Part shown: positions 15,901-17,966 of the stretch, in pieces | Position numbering within the stretch: the stretch's first letter is position 1 | How the letters are laid out: every line of letters starts with the position of its first letter | Assembly (NCBI GenBank): GCA_964590575.1 | Contig: CAZPWM010000020.1 | Coordinates: 1-17,966 of the forward strand | DNA: 17,966 bases | Origin: an uncultured archaeon | Lineage (GTDB): Archaea; Asgardarchaeota; Thorarchaeia; Thorarchaeales; Thorarchaeaceae | Direction: 5' to 3' | Translations under genes and position numbers: made by a program | The notes under the pieces: model-generated | The model's database searches: none | Seen by the model: only the letters and a program-made list of their open reading frames with translations | Told to the model about the DNA's origin: nothing

Positions 15901-17966
15901 GAAGCATTGATAACAAAGTTTCCAACACGGAGGAACTGCTGAGCGAATGTACACTTACCGAGTCCATCCGTGCACTTGAGTGTGGAGGATAGAAGTGTAT
16001 CGTTACTCCATCTGACAACGATAGTCACTTGGGCTCCTGCTAGGGGTGACCCACTCCAATCAACGAGCGTGACTACTACACCAACTACGGAGCCTTGTTC
16101 AACAGGCTGACCAGGTGTTGTGATTGTCAATGTTGTTTCAGCAAAAACCGTAGTAACATCTTCCGATGAGGTCTGGAGTAACCATCCCTGCTCTGCGAGA
16201 GAAGCTAACATCTGAAGCGTGCCTGGTGTGTCAAGAAGCAGGTTGAGCACGATTATACCGCTAACACTTGTAGTATGAAATGCATCATGGATACCAGTGC
16301 CATTCAGCGTTACGATACAATGAACTGTCGCACCTTGAACAGGAGCCAGACCCGTATCAATGACTGAAACAATCAAATCCTGTGTAATCGGAGCAACAGC
16401 ATTCGATGGTAGTGTAATAGAAATTTCAGGGGTCTCAAAAACATCCTCCATGATAATCTCACTCGCTGCCTTGTACCAGAGTTGCTTGGTTGATGTGACA
16501 ATGATTCTGTTGACCCCTCTCATGCTTGGAGTCCAGAATATTGTGGCTGGGACACTTGAGGTCACAAGCGAGTCGGTGAACAAGAGTTCATCCCCTGGAC
16601 CTCTGACTTCGACACTGATTGACAGTCCCGAAATAGGAACTGCCAAATGATTCATGGCACTGATCTCAATCCAGCTCGCAACACCAACTTCTGAATCTGG
16701 ACCAACAAGAACATTCAGGGTGACTGGTACCAGGACCTCGAAATCCATTTGGTCTATTGCAGCTCCTCTTGAGAGAGTTCCATCATATGATGCCTCTAGT
16801 CTGTATGCTCCCGCGGAGTTTGCTATCCACGTGAAACTGACTGCTCCCGAAGAGTTTGTAGTACGAGTCTGTTCAGCGATGATAGTAGATGGTAATAGAA
16901 TGACCCTCATAGTTACAGACTGTCCTTGGATTGGATTCAGTAGTGAGTCTGTGAGCTGCGCCCAGAGTGAACATGTCTTCGCTACCTCCACCTCTGCTCC
17001 AACTCCTCCGACTTGGAGATTGCTTGATGACCAAGATGTCAAAGATTCCGAGTCTAAGGTGCCAAGAAGAAGACCTGCACCTGCATAACTTGCCTGCAAC
17101 AGGTATATTCCATTTTCTGACAGAGTCAAAGTCACTGTTACATGACCTGTAGAATTAGTGGTTAGGTCTGAATCGAAGACCATGCTCATCGATGGGGCAG
17201 TCACTGTCAAATGGACTATCTGACCAGCAAGAGCCTTGCCACTCGTAGTTTCAAGTAGTACATCGAAAGAGCCTTGACTGTACTGAATCTCAATACCCGT
17301 ACCACTCCAAGAAACCCTTGTTTGCTCTGAGACTGTAATTACACCTGATGATTGACTCCCCTCAAGTGAGTAGTTTCCTGGAAAGACTATAGAGTACGAA
17401 TAGACATCCCGTGCAGCAGGACTCCATGAGAATTTGTTTGCACCAATCTTTGAAACACCTACATCATTGAAGACGACCGAATCCAGGGAGTTCATGATTG
17501 TCAGAGTCGCCTCTTGTCCTGAGATCTGGGTTGAATTAGATGCGAAGTAAAGTGACCAATCAATCAAGACCTCATCACCGACTGCTCCACTAAGGCTTGG
17601 TGAAGAGGAGATGTAAGTGGGATTTGGTTGCGCAATCGTAACCTCATCCACTAAGACTAACTGTGTACATGATGCTCGTTCAATCGTCACAGTAAATGGA
17701 TAGGTCCCGGAGTCGAATCCCGTCGTTGGAACAGAGAACCAGTATGGGGAGGTTTCATCGTAGTTCCACTCTGTTACTCCAAATGCGATTGTCACTTGGC
17801 ATTGTCCTGCATCAACGCTTCCTGCTAGAAACCAAGACGCAGTTCCATTGACATTTTCACCCATTTTGACTGTTGGAGTTTCAAGGTCTAGAGCGCCTTC
17901 TATCGTTCCTTGGACTGTAACTGCGGTCTTATCGAATGCTCTAGAAGCACCCCAATCAACCACACA
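12993..17966 (-). CDS. Giant membrane-anchored Ig-like repeat surface glycoprotein (5'-truncated)
   Basis: Frame is open to the window edge. About 16 T/S/V-rich repeats of ~100 aa with consensus LxDxxGxPIxGxxV...TxxxG...GxYxxxxxYxGxxxY, more than 20 N-x-S/T sequons, and a C-terminal TM (PLVGGFGILAVVGVVM) followed by a KKKMR stop-transfer. Confidence 0.85.
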   Translation of the reverse strand, partial: CVVDWGASRAFDKTAVTVQGTIEGALDLETPTVKMGENVNGTASWFLAGSVDAGQCQVTIAFGVTEWNYDETSPYWFSVPTTGFDSGTYPFTVTIERASCTQLVLVDEVTIAQPNPTYISSSPSLSGAVGDEVLIDWSLYFASNSTQISGQEATLTIMNSLDSVVFNDVGVSKIGANKFSWSPAARDVYSYSIVFPGNYSLEGSQSSGVITVSEQTRVSWSGTGIEIQYSQGSFDVLLETTSGKALAGQIVHLTVTAPSMSMVFDSDLTTNSTGHVTVTLTLSENGIYLLQASYAGAGLLLGTLDSESLTSWSSSNLQVGGVGAEVEVAKTCSLWAQLTDSLLNPIQGQSVTMRVILLPSTIIAEQTRTTNSSGAVSFTWIANSAGAYRLEASYDGTLSRGAAIDQMDFEVLVPVTLNVLVGPDSEVGVASWIEISAMNHLAVPISGLSISVEVRGPGDELLFTDSLVTSSVPATIFWTPSMRGVNRIIVTSTKQLWYKAASEIIMEDVFETPEISITLPSNAVAPITQDLIVSVIDTGLAPVQGATVHCIVTLNGTGIHDAFHTTSVSGIIVLNLLLDTPGTLQMLASLAEQGWLLQTSSEDVTTVFAETTLTITTPGQPVEQGSVVGVVVTLVDWSGSPLAGAQVTIVVRWSNDTLLSSTLKCTDGLGKCTFAQQFLRVGNFVINASYAGYGFNASASDLVPQRVFVTPIIEVHHNPSCIVGETFEVQVGYIDALGGYISGRTISVTIEQNGATVFELQVPSATGLLSIYWDPAEGGLATITILHVGDAYILTNSTSTTASVLEHVTGDLRLLPAQVDLFDSTTLVYNLTSGLRVGITIHFEVLGMDLVPVWSTDIVTDSSGVASVVYTAVETHGVLRVNAGPAPDQFLIGGDVQKQLIVMTDCVISTSLEPSPSAVNNLTNITLWIEDEIGDLINGLTVTVSLYNPYGEQVKLGSYTMSISVVVGEGQAVVQFTPTMAGLYTVKVSSSGSTSVHSFIEESYHTIYSASQLSTTVSTHELEVGDNLVVISQLTDHAGSLLVGRNLTLTVDGPGINFIGPISLITNATGHIQWSSTLDDEGLWTLHISFSGLGVYLPVATTDDISVRYGTVVELSLIDTGDIIATTTPASLSILLVDTGGTPLEGFSVHYEAYHETLGLVLEGTLIQTGTDPMILNVTVDRMGNYTIIVSFTGTTHYHASNAALEVWVLGLTEVSCDIPAEIDRAVWSSIHITIIDELSDPIPLFGLDVLLELIGAQDSVNLTDHLTWSEMSVSINTMGLPVGLYALNVTVEWSETRVGCISILVFSVVSETHIELTEQDLTGLISEPHAISFILLDSLNETVTDATVWVSIFNPSKREIYGSPLTDRTAITSTAEGSEVSWTPNLTGEYRVVFLFEGDGFRNTTTLEVVIQVRYPSSLAVDMLELMPFGDVIPISITLNGALGKISGATIILTISKDGVVEREETLATDSHGVASFNLVGLLSGTHTVTVSFLGSATQAPSSMEVSLVITPVVVLNIEPTSNLYIGYYCSVNLSVTILGTTPDWNGTLDAWLSDPNGEEVGQWTFEIGVYSVMTIGFNARMEGTHTLNTIISGLPVVYSQDYPMAVTVVNEILQLQLDAGTTPLVGGFGILAVVGVVMKKKMRDVVESLPTEWRE

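Noticed and set aside
1-17152. Antisense or overlapping ORFs in the track (e.g. 1-471, 3519-3770, 5527-5850, 7701-8123, 12338-12814, 13558-13884, 16654-17088)
   Set aside because: They lie within longer, motif-supported genes and have no recognisable protein features, so they are shadow ORFs.

Overview
Archaeal chromosomal window. Archaeal TATA/RBS signals, TPR proteins, an Lrp-like multidomain protein and a giant Ig-repeat surface protein suggest an Asgard archaeon, possibly Thorarchaeia; this is inferred and unverified. In order: a 5'-truncated ABC-2 permease; a gamma-carbonic-anhydrase-family protein; a stand-alone PEP-utilising swivelling domain lacking its phospho-His; a multi-TM hypothetical; an NPP1/Vps62-like protein; a HAD hydrolase with altered catalytic motifs; an FAD/NAD(P)H oxidoreductase; an operon of Mre11/SbcD plus an unusually short Rad50/SbcC with no zinc hook; an unannotated 33-aa membrane microprotein; a TPR protein; an AT-rich ~870-bp gap; a 654-aa protein with Lrp/AsnC-like C-terminal modules; and the 3' ~5 kb of a membrane-anchored Ig-repeat surface glycoprotein. 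The gap holds a decayed TPR gene and an attenuator-like arrangement (short ORF, two mutually exclusive hairpins, T8). The best novelty candidates are the hook-less mini Mre11-Rad50 module, the attenuator-like switch at 10753-10936, the NPP1/Vps62-like protein and the His-less phosphocarrier. No rRNA, tRNA, CRISPR array or transposase was recognised.
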